A stretch of DNA of 64,000 nt from Clostridia bacterium (GCA_017434845.1 JAFSGD010000020.1:14960-78959); one strand, 5' to 3'. Numbered from the stretch's first letter, positions 41,330 through 51,641 are shown. A program made the numbers and translations. Notes: generated from the sequence alone by a model not told the origin.

Positions 41330-42463
41330 TTATTGATATTTATTTCTCGGTTTAAAGAACTGATATAGGTTGCACTTAATCATACCGTTATATAAAACTC
41401 GCTTTTTATCGCTTCTTCGGCCGAAATACCGTTCGAACAATTCATCTGAAGTTATTATATACTTCTGCCAAGCGGGTATATTTTTTTCGAATACGCTGCC
41501 CATAGCATTATACAAAGCTCTTGCGTCGGTAAGCTCGCCCAAGCGCTCGCCGTAAGGCGGATTGGCAATTATTGTACCTCTTGCGTTTTCGATAGGAGAA
41601 GAAAACTCCTTTACGTCGCCGACAGAAAAGACGATATGCTTTGATACCCCTGCTTTTCTTGCATTATCGCGCGCAAGAGCAATCATTTCGGGATCAATAT
41701 CAGAACCGAAAATTTGAGTTATGGGCTCATGGATCTCAGAACGCGATTTATCGCGGGCATCAAGCCACACTCGCTTGCTTAACAAAGGAAATTCTTCAGA
41801 AACAAACGCGCGGTTTATACCGGGAGCTATTCCGCAAGCCTGCGTTGCCGCTTCGATAGCAATTGTGCCGCTTCCGCATAAGGGATCGCAGATGATAACG
41901 TTATCGCGCATTCTTGAAAGCTTAACCATTGCCGCCGCAAGCGTTTCGCGCAACGGTGCCGCGCCTGCAAGAGCACGGTATCCGCGCTTGTGAAGGCCTG
42001 CTCCGGTGGTGTCTATCATAAGAGAGGCAATATCGTTCAATATAAAAAACTCAATTTGATATTTAACGCCGGTCTCGGCAAAAATGCGGACATTATATTT
42101 AGAAGAAAGAGAGGTTACAACAGCCTTCTTAATAATTTTTTGGCAATCGGGTATCGAAAACAGCTTAGATCTTATCGAATGGCCTTTAACGGGAAACGCA
42201 TCGTTTTTACCGATAAAATCAGCCCAAGGCAAAGCCTTTGTTCCTTCAAACAAATCGTTAAAGGAAAGTGCCTTAAACGAGCCGAGCTTAATTAACACGC
42301 GTTCTGCGGTTCTTAATCGAATGTTGCATTCGGCAATGGCTTCAACGGGCGCTTCGAAGGTTACTCTGCCATCAATAGTTTCTATTCTTTTATAACCGAG
42401 GCTATCGATTTCTTCGCCTAAAAGCCTCTCAAGCCCAAACAAACAGGTTGCAACTAATACCAT
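41330..42463 (-). CDS. THUMP-domain class I SAM-dependent RNA methyltransferase (RlmL/YpsC-like)
   Basis: ORF trimmed to MVLVATCLFGLE (ATG 42463, GGAG upstream). It has the SAM motif DPLCGSGT and the catalytic NPPYG. Confidence 0.85.
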   Translation of the reverse strand: MVLVATCLFGLERLLGEEIDSLGYKRIETIDGRVTFEAPVEAIAECNIRLRTAERVLIKLGSFKALSFNDLFEGTKALPWADFIGKNDAFPVKGHSIRSKLFSIPDCQKIIKKAVVTSLSSKYNVRIFAETGVKYQIEFFILNDIASLMIDTTGAGLHKRGYRALAGAAPLRETLAAAMVKLSRMRDNVIICDPLCGSGTIAIEAATQACGIAPGINRAFVSEEFPLLSKRVWLDARDKSRSEIHEPITQIFGSDIDPEMIALARDNARKAGVSKHIVFSVGDVKEFSSPIENARGTIIANPPYGERLGELTDARALYNAMGSVFEKNIPAWQKYIITSDELFERYFGRRSDKKRVLYNGMIKCNLYQFFKPRNKYQ

Positions 42464-42574
42464 ATTATTCTCCGCATTTCGATTTCTTGTTAAGTTTATC
42501 ACAGATACCTTATTTTTTCAATATATTAATTTCACAAAACGGTGAACCTGTTTTCAATTTACTCTTACAATATA

Positions 42575-42605
42575 ACAAAGAAACAGCGGCAGGATAGCCT
42601 GCCGC
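42575..42605 (-). terminator. intrinsic terminator after the 42619-44451 gene
   Basis: GCGGCAGG/CCTGCCGC with loop ATAG (42586-42605). On the - strand it is followed by TGTTTCTTTG. Confidence 0.6.
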
Positions 42606-42618
42606 ATATTCACTTATG

Positions 42619-44451
42619 TTACTCACTTATTTTATAAGTGCCGAGCACATGCCTTTTTATCAAGGCGTAGTCGGTTGCATCGAGCACACCGTTACCGTTA
42701 ACGTCTCCGCGTTCTACGCACGCATTATCGGGCTTAAAGGTTTTCAAAGCCGCTCGCTTGCACAAATAATAGTCCTTTGCTTCAACGGTGGCGTTACCGT
42801 CAACGTCGCCGATAACCTTTTTCGACGCGTTTTTGTCTGCGCCGATCAAAAACTCGGAACAGAAAACAAAGTTATATTTCTTATTGATAAACGAAAGCTT
42901 AACGTATCTCGCTCTAACGGGCCCACATTCGTATTTTATAAAAGAATATAATCCCGAGGTGTCAAGCTTGGGCTCGCATAAAAGTTTGAAATTCGTTCCG
43001 TTTTCAGAAATTGATATTCTTATTTCGCCGGGATAGCCTATTCCGTAATTATCGCAATTATTAAACTGAGCCACAAAGCATTTTAAATCATTGCGAATCT
43101 CACCGAGATCTACGGTTACGTTCATATAACCATCCGAATCTGTAAGCGTTGTATGGAAGCTATGCCATTCGGTTCCGAGCTCGGAAGAGGCAAGAATGCC
43201 ATCCGTCAGCTCTTTGCCGCTTATATTTTGATATTCCGAATCTCCGCCGCTTCCAACGTGAGCCTGCGAGGCGGTATACGTCTTACCGATAGAAACCCAT
43301 TCAATGTCTTTGATACCGTATAAGTCCGCTCTCGCCATATCTATGTCGCTTTGCGTTAACGTACCCTTGGCGTATTTATAAGTCAGATCGTAAACCACAC
43401 GATGCCGAGCTCCGCTGTAAGTTGCGGCGGCATAGTAAACGCCTGTTTTTCCGCCCTGATAATACATTTTCACCGAATCCATCGCACCGTATTTCATGCC
43501 GTCTTCAAGATAGGTTAAATATCTTTCGAAATGATCGTTACTCGAAAAAGCGTTGTAATCAATTTCCATTTCCATAGAAAGACCGTATTGCGACGAAAGC
43601 TCGATCGAATCGGCAACTCTTTCGCTGTCAGGATTGCTCATCCAAAACAGATTCGGTTGCATGCAAGCCACGTCAAATCCTAGCTCATCCCAAAAAGAAT
43701 ATCCATAGGCCTTATACCAAGGAATCCAAATAAACTTCAATCCAAGAGAATGAAGATAATCGGCGGCATAATTAAAAAGCTCTTTATCCTCTTCGGTATG
43801 AGAATAATTCATCAAATACTCTTCGAGCCAATAAAATCCGACAAGCTCGAGGTTTTTATAGCCTGCTTCGTTATATAACCTCAACTGTTCGTCGATTATC
43901 CATTTTATTGCGTATTTTCTATCCTCTTTTTTAGAAAAATCGAGGCTTTTTCCGTCAAGAACGCCAAAGCTTGTTGATGTTCTTGTCGGATAAAGTATAG
44001 TGAAGAAAACGCCCGCTTTTTTATCGGGATCTCCCAAAGCGTTTTTTGCGTTTCCAAACGCCGCTTCAAGCGCATCAACGTTATAGCCATCTGCGAAGGT
44101 ATCTTTTACAAAGCTCGTCCAATCTATCGCCTTGGTAGGATTATCGGAGCTTGCATGCATCGGAGCGCCGGAAGGGCCTCTTTGAACGCAAGGTAAAAAT
44201 AAATAGCTGTCAAAGAAATAGTCCTTAATATTCCCTTTTTCGTCATAATAAGCAACGTAAGGGCGAAGATCCTCAACGGTATGTCTTCCGTTATCGTAGC
44301 GCGAGGTATTAAAGGTATAGGTCAAACATAGGTTTTCATAGCCGTTGAGCTCGGAAGGATCCGGCATTTTTGCCGAAGCGGTAATGCCTAAAAACGAAAA
44401 TGCGGTTATTAACAGCGCAAAGCACAACGACAGCGAAACAAACCTTTTCAT
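42619..44451 (-). CDS. secreted DUF4855-like protein with a discoidin (F5/8 type C)-like module and a C-terminal dockerin
   Basis: ORF trimmed to MKRFVSLSL (ATG 44451, GGAGG upstream), with a signal peptide. The central region is paralogous to the 45601-48810 protein (..YVAYYDEKGNIKD.FFDSYLFLP.., ..FIWIPWY.., ..MEMEID..). The C-terminus has two Ca-binding dockerin repeats (GDVDGN..., GDVNGNGVLDATDYALIKRHVLGTY). The DUF name is from memory. Confidence 0.7.
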   Translation of the reverse strand: MKRFVSLSLCFALLITAFSFLGITASAKMPDPSELNGYENLCLTYTFNTSRYDNGRHTVEDLRPYVAYYDEKGNIKDYFFDSYLFLPCVQRGPSGAPMHASSDNPTKAIDWTSFVKDTFADGYNVDALEAAFGNAKNALGDPDKKAGVFFTILYPTRTSTSFGVLDGKSLDFSKKEDRKYAIKWIIDEQLRLYNEAGYKNLELVGFYWLEEYLMNYSHTEEDKELFNYAADYLHSLGLKFIWIPWYKAYGYSFWDELGFDVACMQPNLFWMSNPDSERVADSIELSSQYGLSMEMEIDYNAFSSNDHFERYLTYLEDGMKYGAMDSVKMYYQGGKTGVYYAAATYSGARHRVVYDLTYKYAKGTLTQSDIDMARADLYGIKDIEWVSIGKTYTASQAHVGSGGDSEYQNISGKELTDGILASSELGTEWHSFHTTLTDSDGYMNVTVDLGEIRNDLKCFVAQFNNCDNYGIGYPGEIRISISENGTNFKLLCEPKLDTSGLYSFIKYECGPVRARYVKLSFINKKYNFVFCSEFLIGADKNASKKVIGDVDGNATVEAKDYYLCKRAALKTFKPDNACVERGDVNGNGVLDATDYALIKRHVLGTYKISE

Positions 44452-44470
44452 TGAAACCTCCGTTTTATAA

Positions 44471-45040
44471 TCAAATAATAAGCTTTTCGGCATAGCCGGT
44501 TGCTATACCCAGCCCCGCGGAAATCAAAATAAGCAAAATGGGGCTAACCTTTTTGAAAGCAAGAAATACAACCAATGCAAATATGGTGATCGAACAGAAA
44601 AAGCTATAATCAAATGCCTGAAGTGTTATTCCCGAAGGGAAAAATACGCCAAGCCCGAGCGAAATTACCGCCGAGGCAATAAGGCCTACAACAACCGGTC
44701 TTAATCCCTTCATACACCCCTTAACAATAAAGCTGTTTTTGTATTTTTCATAAAAACCGGCAACGATAAGAATAATAACAAAAGAAGGAAGAACTACGCC
44801 GAGGGTTGCACAGCAAGCGCCAAAGACCCCTCCCGTCTCAATGCCGATATAGGTTGCCATATTGATCGCAACAGGTCCGGGTGTTGATTCGGCAACCGCA
44901 ATAAAATTCAACATGGCTTCTTCGCTCATCCATTCGTTCGCCAGTACCGCTTCCTGCATTAAGGGAAGCATTGCATAGCCGCCGCCGAAGGTGAATGCAC
45001 CGATTTTTAAAAAGGTGAGAAAAAGTTTAAGATATATCAT
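44471..45040 (-). CDS. chrA: chromate transporter family protein (short-chain CHR, C-half partner)
   Basis: 189 aa with FTFGGGYAMLPL and AESTPGPVAIN motifs. Confidence 0.85.
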   Translation of the reverse strand: MIYLKLFLTFLKIGAFTFGGGYAMLPLMQEAVLANEWMSEEAMLNFIAVAESTPGPVAINMATYIGIETGGVFGACCATLGVVLPSFVIILIVAGFYEKYKNSFIVKGCMKGLRPVVVGLIASAVISLGLGVFFPSGITLQAFDYSFFCSITIFALVVFLAFKKVSPILLILISAGLGIATGYAEKLII

Positions 45041-45597
45041 TTCTTTTCTCCCCTCTTCTTGGATATTATTGCTGCAGAAAGCCCGATAAGCGCACCTGCG
45101 AGAATAACGTAAAGTACGCTTACACCAAGGAATAAAACGACAGAGAACGCCAACACTGCAACAATAAGCGAAAACAGATTACGCGGGCATTGCTTTGCCA
45201 TTCCCCAAAGTGCCTTAACTATCAGCGCGATAACACCTGCTCTGATTCCGTTAAACGCAAATTTAACGGGCTCAAGCTCGGCAACCACATCAAGAATATA
45301 GGAAAGTGCAATTATGATTACAAACGATGGCAAAACAGTTCCGAGTGTTGCCGAAAAAGCACCCCAAAAGCCTGCAGTTCGTTTTCCTACAAAGGTTGCG
45401 GTATTAATAGCGATAGGACCGGGTGTTGATTCGGCAATAGCAACTATATCAAGCATATCGCTCTCTGTGATCCATTTATGCTTTTCGGCAACCTCACGCT
45501 GAATAAGCGGCAGCATCGCATATCCGCCGCCGATTGTGAAAGCGCCGATTTTGAAAAAAGTGCCGAACAACGTTAAACATTTCTTGAATTTATTCAT
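45037..45597 (-). CDS. chrA: chromate transporter family protein (short-chain CHR, N-half partner)
   Basis: 186 aa with FTIGGGYAMLPL and AESTPGPIAIN motifs. It overlaps its partner by 4 nt. Confidence 0.85.
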   Translation of the reverse strand: MNKFKKCLTLFGTFFKIGAFTIGGGYAMLPLIQREVAEKHKWITESDMLDIVAIAESTPGPIAINTATFVGKRTAGFWGAFSATLGTVLPSFVIIIALSYILDVVAELEPVKFAFNGIRAGVIALIVKALWGMAKQCPRNLFSLIVAVLAFSVVLFLGVSVLYVILAGALIGLSAAIISKKRGEKK

Positions 45598-45600
45598 TAA

Positions 45601-48600
45601 TTAACCTACCTGAACAGTAACAGTGCATTCTTCGGAATAGCCGAGATAATTGCTTATCCTATATTTGAAGCTATCTATTCCCTTAAAATCCTTGTTTGGA
45701 TAATATACGAAGCTTCCGTCATCTGCAAAAGAAACGGTGCCGTGTTCGGGCGATTCCGAAAGAATATAGTAACCTACATCGGAGCTGTCGGAATTAACGG
45801 TTCCCGAACAGAAGTTGTTTTTCTTTGTTGAAACAGAAATTTTCGCATTAGAATCGGGGCAAACATCAAGCGTGCCTTTTATGAATTGATATGTGTATTC
45901 ATAAATCAATCTCAATCTATCGTCTTTCGAACGGCAAGCGACAGCAAAATCGTTATATCCTTGATAATACATATGAAGCGCGCCATCCATATAGCCCAGC
46001 TCTGCCCCGACACTAAGATAATCCATATACTTTTTAAAATAGCGAATATCTCCAAAAGAAGAGTTATCTATTTCAATTTCAATGCACATTCCATAACGCT
46101 TGGCAAGCTTCGATGCATTGTAAAGCCTCGACTTATCAACCGAAAGGCTAAATGCATAGTTTGGCTGTAAGCATCCTACGTCAAAACCGAACTCTTGCCA
46201 ATTCGAAAAACCCGATGCCTGATAATAAGGAATCCAAAACATAGGATATCCGATTTTATCAAGTTCGGCGTTAACCGCCTTTGATGTTTCTGCATCGCCG
46301 CCTTCAATAGCTTCGTGGAACCAATAAAAGCCGCATAATTCAAGGTTTGAATATCTGTTTTTTTCAAACTCGTTTACGATTCTTTCAGCATAATAGCGCG
46401 CAACGAAAACTCTTGTTTCGAGCGAGGTGAGATCCTCATTAACAAAATCACCGTTGATATCGCCGAATTCCGAAAGTGTATCATCCATGTGAGGAATAGT
46501 TGCAAAAACCTTAAGCTTAAGCTCGCTTAAGCCAAGAGCCTTCTTTACCGTTTCTGCGGTACGGTCAAGAGCGGCAAATCCGCGGTCAGATGCAAAAATA
46601 TCGTCAAACAAATATTCCCAATCCGAAGCGATATTCGTTCCGTAGGGACGTCCGCCGCTGGGCAATTCTCCCGTGGACGGCAAAAACAGATAACCGTCGA
46701 ACATAGTATCCTTTATGTCGCCGTTTTCATCCAAATATGCAACGTAAGGAAGGAAATAATTCTCATTTATGGTTCCGCTGTTATGGTAAACAAGCGTTAT
46801 ATCCTTTGCACCGCCGAGCACAGAATCGTCCGCATCTAAATATCCTTTATCCGCCGATTCTGAAATAGAAAAATCATATTTGTACAAGGAGGCGCTCGAA
46901 AGCTCGGTGCCGTAAGTGTAGTTCTTAACGCCGTTTACATATAATTCATCAATAAATACATGTATATCGACCGTCATGTAAATAAGAATATACCGAGCAC
47001 GATAATATCTGTCGAATTCAGCTGTAAATTCAACTATAGATTCATCATTACCGCTGATATCACTTCTGCTCTCTGCAAGATACCAATCATTGCCGTTTTC
47101 CGATAACGCCAATTTAATGTTGCTCGGAAGCCTTATTCCCCATGCGCTTCTGTTAAGGAATCTGATCGAATACGAAGAAATGGCAGAGATCTTTCCGATA
47201 TCTATTACAATTTTTCTTCCTGCACCCGATTGAAAATGATTCCAATAACCGTTGTAACAATATAGGTCTTCGGTAGTTACGCCGTCGGTAAGCAATCCCG
47301 CTTCCTCCGAGGTATTGCTGTCTCCGTAGGATTTCATATCCATGGGAACGTCGCTTATCATTTCATAGCTTGCGCCCGATGAAAGAACCTGAACTTGATT
47401 ATAGTCATATGATATATCCCAATATACCGATTGGCTCGCAGGAATCATATCGAATTCACCGTATACGTTCTCGATTGCGGGTGCTTCGGATCTGTTTGCA
47501 TAAACCTCAAGCTCTTCTATCCAGCAATAATCCTTGCCCTCCGCCATCGTAAAACGAACGTATCTTGCCGAAATGAGCTTTTTGAAGATTAAGCGGTATG
47601 CATAGTTTTCTTGATTTGAAGTCAATGCATAAGAGCGTCCGACCGTGTAATAATTAACGCCGTCCTTGCTTACCTCTACGTCAACGTATAAAGGCAGATC
47701 GATTCCGATCGCCGAACGGCTAAAGCTGTGAAGAGCAAATGAGCAAATATCGTTTTGAACGGCACCGAGATCAACTGTTGCGGATGCACCGCCCGAAAGC
47801 GAAACTCCAACCCAAACCTTATTTTCAAAGCTTGAACCCGTCGTCATCGCATCGGTTAGCAAACTGCCGTTTGCACCGCAACGCCAATCATAGCCCGTGC
47901 AATCTATCGAGTATGAACAATCTTCGGATATTAGCACCGCTCCGATATCACTATCGTAAACATTTCCGTTGAAAGCGTTAGCGGCTTCGTTCGCGCGCTG
48001 CGTGTCGGTTGTTTTATCGGACGAATATGCATTCGAAACGTTTGAAGCTTCATATGCGGTAGCGTCAATTGCGTTAGCATATACGTATATCTCATCGATG
48101 AACACCCAAGCTGCGCTTCTGGTAACACTAAACTTAATATAACGGTAATCAACCTCTTCACTCAATTCAAGCTTGGCGTTTGCTATTATATTGTCTTTGA
48201 ACGACGGGAGCGAAATATTGCCGACGTTCGACCAATTCGAATTATCGTTCGAGCCATAAACGTATACCGAACGCGGAATATAAATGCCGGCAGTATCAAC
48301 ACTTAAATAAGAGATAGCAAACGCATTAAGATATTTTCCATCGTCCTCAAGATCCACAACAATATCTATATTCGAAGAAAAGCCAACAAAAGCAGGATTG
48401 GTGTAGCTTGTGGAATAGGCATTTGCCGAGTCGGTCAATTCACAATTATAGGTGTCGGGATAAGAGCTGCCCGGATCGACACTTAAGGTATATTGCTTTG
48501 CATAACTTACCGGAATACTGTTATCCAGCTCTCTGATCTTGTAAGTGCCGAGCACGTTGCGCTTAATCAAGGCATAATCGATAGCGGTAACCTCACCATC

Positions 48601-48810
48601 ACCGTTGATATCGGACGCCGCGAGCCCTTCCGAATCGGGTAAATACGTGCCGAGCACAGCTCTTTTAACCAAAGCATAGTCAACAGCGTTAACGTTGCCG
48701 TCTTTGTTGATATCACCAAGCAATTCACCGGCAGAAACAAACACAGACAGAGGGGCAACCGATAAAACCAAAGATAATATGATAAAAACCGTTATAAAGC
48801 GTTTAAGCAT
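45601..48810 (-). CDS. large secreted protein: N-terminal dockerin, discoidin-like modules, DUF4855-like domain, C-terminal Ig/cadherin-like module
   Basis: ORF trimmed to MLKRFITVF (ATG 48810), with a signal peptide. Dockerin repeats GDINKDGNVNAVDYALVKRAVLGTY and SDINGDGEVTAIDYALIKRNVLGTY follow it. Then come repeated ..YRYIKFSV../..ARYVRFTM../..ARYILIYM.. discoidin-like units. The DUF4855-like region is paralogous to 42619-44451. Confidence 0.7.
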   Translation of the reverse strand: MLKRFITVFIILSLVLSVAPLSVFVSAGELLGDINKDGNVNAVDYALVKRAVLGTYLPDSEGLAASDINGDGEVTAIDYALIKRNVLGTYKIRELDNSIPVSYAKQYTLSVDPGSSYPDTYNCELTDSANAYSTSYTNPAFVGFSSNIDIVVDLEDDGKYLNAFAISYLSVDTAGIYIPRSVYVYGSNDNSNWSNVGNISLPSFKDNIIANAKLELSEEVDYRYIKFSVTRSAAWVFIDEIYVYANAIDATAYEASNVSNAYSSDKTTDTQRANEAANAFNGNVYDSDIGAVLISEDCSYSIDCTGYDWRCGANGSLLTDAMTTGSSFENKVWVGVSLSGGASATVDLGAVQNDICSFALHSFSRSAIGIDLPLYVDVEVSKDGVNYYTVGRSYALTSNQENYAYRLIFKKLISARYVRFTMAEGKDYCWIEELEVYANRSEAPAIENVYGEFDMIPASQSVYWDISYDYNQVQVLSSGASYEMISDVPMDMKSYGDSNTSEEAGLLTDGVTTEDLYCYNGYWNHFQSGAGRKIVIDIGKISAISSYSIRFLNRSAWGIRLPSNIKLALSENGNDWYLAESRSDISGNDESIVEFTAEFDRYYRARYILIYMTVDIHVFIDELYVNGVKNYTYGTELSSASLYKYDFSISESADKGYLDADDSVLGGAKDITLVYHNSGTINENYFLPYVAYLDENGDIKDTMFDGYLFLPSTGELPSGGRPYGTNIASDWEYLFDDIFASDRGFAALDRTAETVKKALGLSELKLKVFATIPHMDDTLSEFGDINGDFVNEDLTSLETRVFVARYYAERIVNEFEKNRYSNLELCGFYWFHEAIEGGDAETSKAVNAELDKIGYPMFWIPYYQASGFSNWQEFGFDVGCLQPNYAFSLSVDKSRLYNASKLAKRYGMCIEIEIDNSSFGDIRYFKKYMDYLSVGAELGYMDGALHMYYQGYNDFAVACRSKDDRLRLIYEYTYQFIKGTLDVCPDSNAKISVSTKKNNFCSGTVNSDSSDVGYYILSESPEHGTVSFADDGSFVYYPNKDFKGIDSFKYRISNYLGYSEECTVTVQVG

Positions 48811-48891
48811 TTGAAATACCGCCCATATAGTTAATTTTATTGATTTTAACACATAAACATTATAGAATGATTAAGGATTATATAACCGAGG

Positions 48892-48915
48892 AAAGCCAAC
48901 CTTTCGGTTGGCTTT
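48892..48915 (-). terminator. hairpin after the CBS-domain gene
   Basis: AAAGCCAACC / GGTTGGCTTT with loop TTTC. The T-tract is weak. Confidence 0.45.
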
Positions 48916-48924
48916 TCAGTTTGG

Positions 48925-49341
48925 TTATTGTTTTACCGAATTTTCATATATCTCACACAAAAAGGTTATAACAGCCTTTCGTGTAACTATACCTATGAAC
49001 ACACCGCGATCGTCAACAACGGGAACAAAATTCTGCTCGGTAACTCTGTGAAAAAGCTGATCGACCGTTGCGTTAATACTAACAGGAGGATTCCAACCTT
49101 CCCTTACAACGTCCTTGATGCAAACCTTTTCGTGCTCGCGCATATCGCCTGCACCCGAATTAAGCATACTGCGAAGAAGATCGCCCTCGGTAACCGTTCC
49201 GACGTAAACTCCGTCGGATGAAATAACGGGTATTGCACGGTATTTGTGATATGTCATCTTTTCGAAGCCATTTCGTACCGTCGCCGCAGAATCAAGATAA
49301 GCAACGCTGCTTTTGGGAGTTAGAAAACGTATAATATTCAT
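48925..49341 (-). CDS. CBS domain pair protein
   Basis: 138 aa with two CBS-like units (..AIPVISSDGVYVGTVTEGDLL.., ..FVPVVDDRGVFIGIVTR..). Confidence 0.8.
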   Translation of the reverse strand: MNIIRFLTPKSSVAYLDSAATVRNGFEKMTYHKYRAIPVISSDGVYVGTVTEGDLLRSMLNSGAGDMREHEKVCIKDVVREGWNPPVSINATVDQLFHRVTEQNFVPVVDDRGVFIGIVTRKAVITFLCEIYENSVKQ

Positions 49342-49379
49342 AAATAAAGCTCCTTTACAAGCTTTTGCTGTTTGCTGAA

Positions 49380-49835
49380 TTATAAAAACTTTTCCATATG
49401 ACGAGTTCTTGTTAAGAACCCGTATTTTTCATAAAAAGCGATGGCAGATTCGTTGAATTCCCACACGTTAAGCATCAATGCCTTACAATTCTTTTCATTT
49501 GCATAGGCTTCCGCACGGTTCATCAACGCCGAAGCAACGCCGCTTCGCCGCATAGAGCCGTCAACACAAAGATCGTCAATATAAAGAGTGGTCCCACGCC
49601 CCTCTTTTATAACGTCGCAGAACACGTATCCGATAACCGACCCGTCTGATTCCGCAACGAACACTCCGTTTTCCGAACGCGAAAGTCTTTCTCTAACCTC
49701 GTCGGGAGTGTATTTGCTAACAAGATCGGGAAACATATCGGGACGGGCTTCCCTGTGAATATCGGCTATCGTTCTTAATAAACCGTATACTGCATCGGTA
49801 TCCTCGGCAATCGCCGAACGAACAGAAATTATCAT
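49380..49835 (-). CDS. GNAT family N-acetyltransferase
   Basis: 151 aa with the RRSGVASALM acetyl-CoA motif. Confidence 0.8.
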   Translation of the reverse strand: MIISVRSAIAEDTDAVYGLLRTIADIHREARPDMFPDLVSKYTPDEVRERLSRSENGVFVAESDGSVIGYVFCDVIKEGRGTTLYIDDLCVDGSMRRSGVASALMNRAEAYANEKNCKALMLNVWEFNESAIAFYEKYGFLTRTRHMEKFL

Positions 49836-49844
49836 AACTATCAG

Positions 49845-50285
49845 CTACATTCTTTTGATTTCGGGCTCTTTTCCTTCAACAAAGACCCCATAAGTTTTTG
49901 TATCACGCACGCTACCGGGGTTTATTATCGAAACTCCGTCTTCGGTATCGTTAAAAGGACGGTGCGTATGTCCGAACAAAACGGTATCAGCGCTTCGTTC
50001 TTTTGCCGCAAGTGATAAAGAAAGGATGTCGCGGTATAAATGACCGTGAGTAGCAAAGAAGGTTCTGCCTCCGAGAGAAACGCAAATTCGGTCGGGCTCG
50101 CGGCCGAAAACATCGTTATTGCCTCTCACAACGTAAAAGGCGACGTTTTTGGTCTCGCGAATAACCGAGTCGATATCGGCAACCATATCGCCGAGAAAGA
50201 ATACCGCATCGGGACGCTCATAACGAATCGTTTCGATCATCGGTTCAACACAACCGTGCGAATCCGAGAAAACAAGTATTTTCAT
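49845..50285 (-). CDS. metallophosphoesterase, YfcE/MJ0936 family
   Basis: 146 aa with the motifs SDSHG, GD, GNND and GHTH. Confidence 0.85.
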   Translation of the reverse strand: MKILVFSDSHGCVEPMIETIRYERPDAVFFLGDMVADIDSVIRETKNVAFYVVRGNNDVFGREPDRICVSLGGRTFFATHGHLYRDILSLSLAAKERSADTVLFGHTHRPFNDTEDGVSIINPGSVRDTKTYGVFVEGKEPEIKRM

Positions 50286-50797
50286 TTTGCAACGCGTTTA
50301 TAAACGCAAAAGCTGAATTTCATACCCGCTTCGCTGTCGGTTTCGGGATCGCTTATCTGCTCTTCGCCAACCGATTCCAATTCCCATTCGGCTGATGCGT
50401 CGAGGTTTTCAAAGAAGGTATCCTTTTCAAAGCTCTTATCGAACTTTGTAACGTAAGCCGTATCACAATAAGGCAAAAGCTGACTGTATACGCTCGCACC
50501 ACCGATAACAACAACGTTTTCATCGTCGTATGATTCGAGAGTTTTAAGCAGTTCATCAATCGAATGCACCACTATCGCGCCCTCGGGAGCATAATCGCTC
50601 CTTCTGCTCAAAACGATGTTAACTCTGTCCTTTAAGGGCTTTCCGCCCGGAAAAGTGGCAAGCGTTGTTGAGCCGAGAATAACGGTTTTATCTTTGGTTA
50701 AAGCTCGAAAATAGCGCAAATCGGCACGAACTCTTGCAAGAAGATCGCCTTTATAGCCTATTCCCCACTCTTTATCAACCGCAACAACAAGTTTCAT
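50282..50797 (-). CDS. folA: dihydrofolate reductase
   Basis: ORF trimmed to MKLVVAVDKEWGIG (ATG 50797, GGAGG upstream). It lies downstream of thyA. Confidence 0.9.
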   Translation of the reverse strand: MKLVVAVDKEWGIGYKGDLLARVRADLRYFRALTKDKTVILGSTTLATFPGGKPLKDRVNIVLSRRSDYAPEGAIVVHSIDELLKTLESYDDENVVVIGGASVYSQLLPYCDTAYVTKFDKSFEKDTFFENLDASAEWELESVGEEQISDPETDSEAGMKFSFCVYKRVAK

Positions 50798-50810
50798 TTT
50801 TGCCTCCGTA

Positions 50811-51641
50811 TTAAACTGCAACGGGGAATTTTCCGATAGATTCGCCGTGAACGTAGTTCTCTACAGTAAAGCTTTCGGGTGTGAAATCGTAAAAATCCTT
50901 AACGGAGGGATCGAGAATAACCTTCGGTGCGGGATATGATTCGCGTTTAATAAGCTCTTCTACTATGGGAATGTGTCGGTCATAAATATGAGCATCGGCA
51001 ATAACATGAACAAACTCGCCCGCTTCAAGACCCGAAACCTGAGCAAACATTAACACCAGCGCGGCATACTGCGCAACGTTCCAAGCGTTTGCCGCAAGCA
51101 TATCCTGCGAGCGCTGATTAAGAATTGCACAAAGCTTGCCGTCGGTAACGTTAAACGTCATTGAATAAGCGCAGGGATAAAGAGCCATTTCGCTGAGATC
51201 CGCAAAATTATAAATGTTGGTCATAATTCTGCGGCTGCAGGGATTGTTCTTTAAATCGAAAAGCACGCGGTCGACCATGTCGAATTCGCCTTCTTTGTAT
51301 TTGTGCTTAACAGACATCTGATAACCGTATGCCTTGCCGATAGAACCGTTTTCATCAGCCCATGCATCCCATATTTTGCTGTTTAGATCATTGATGTTGT
51401 TAGATTTCTTTTGCCATATCCAAAGAATCTCATCAACAGCCTTTTTCAACGAAATAGGGCGCAGCGTGAGCAAAGGAAACTCTTTTGACAGATCATAACG
51501 GTTAACAACGCAAAACTTCTTTTTGGTAAATGCGGGCTCGCCGTCATCCCAATGAGGGCGAACGCGTTCATCGCGAACCCAGCTTCCGTTTTCGATTATA
51601 TCTTTGCATGTAGCAATAAACGCTTTATCGGCCGAACTCAT
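50811..51641 (-). CDS. thyA: thymidylate synthase (ThyA type)
   Basis: ORF trimmed to MSSADKAF (ATG 51641). It has the active-site motif YPCAY and the downstream RSQD motif. Confidence 0.9.
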   Translation of the reverse strand: MSSADKAFIATCKDIIENGSWVRDERVRPHWDDGEPAFTKKKFCVVNRYDLSKEFPLLTLRPISLKKAVDEILWIWQKKSNNINDLNSKIWDAWADENGSIGKAYGYQMSVKHKYKEGEFDMVDRVLFDLKNNPCSRRIMTNIYNFADLSEMALYPCAYSMTFNVTDGKLCAILNQRSQDMLAANAWNVAQYAALVLMFAQVSGLEAGEFVHVIADAHIYDRHIPIVEELIKRESYPAPKVILDPSVKDFYDFTPESFTVENYVHGESIGKFPVAV

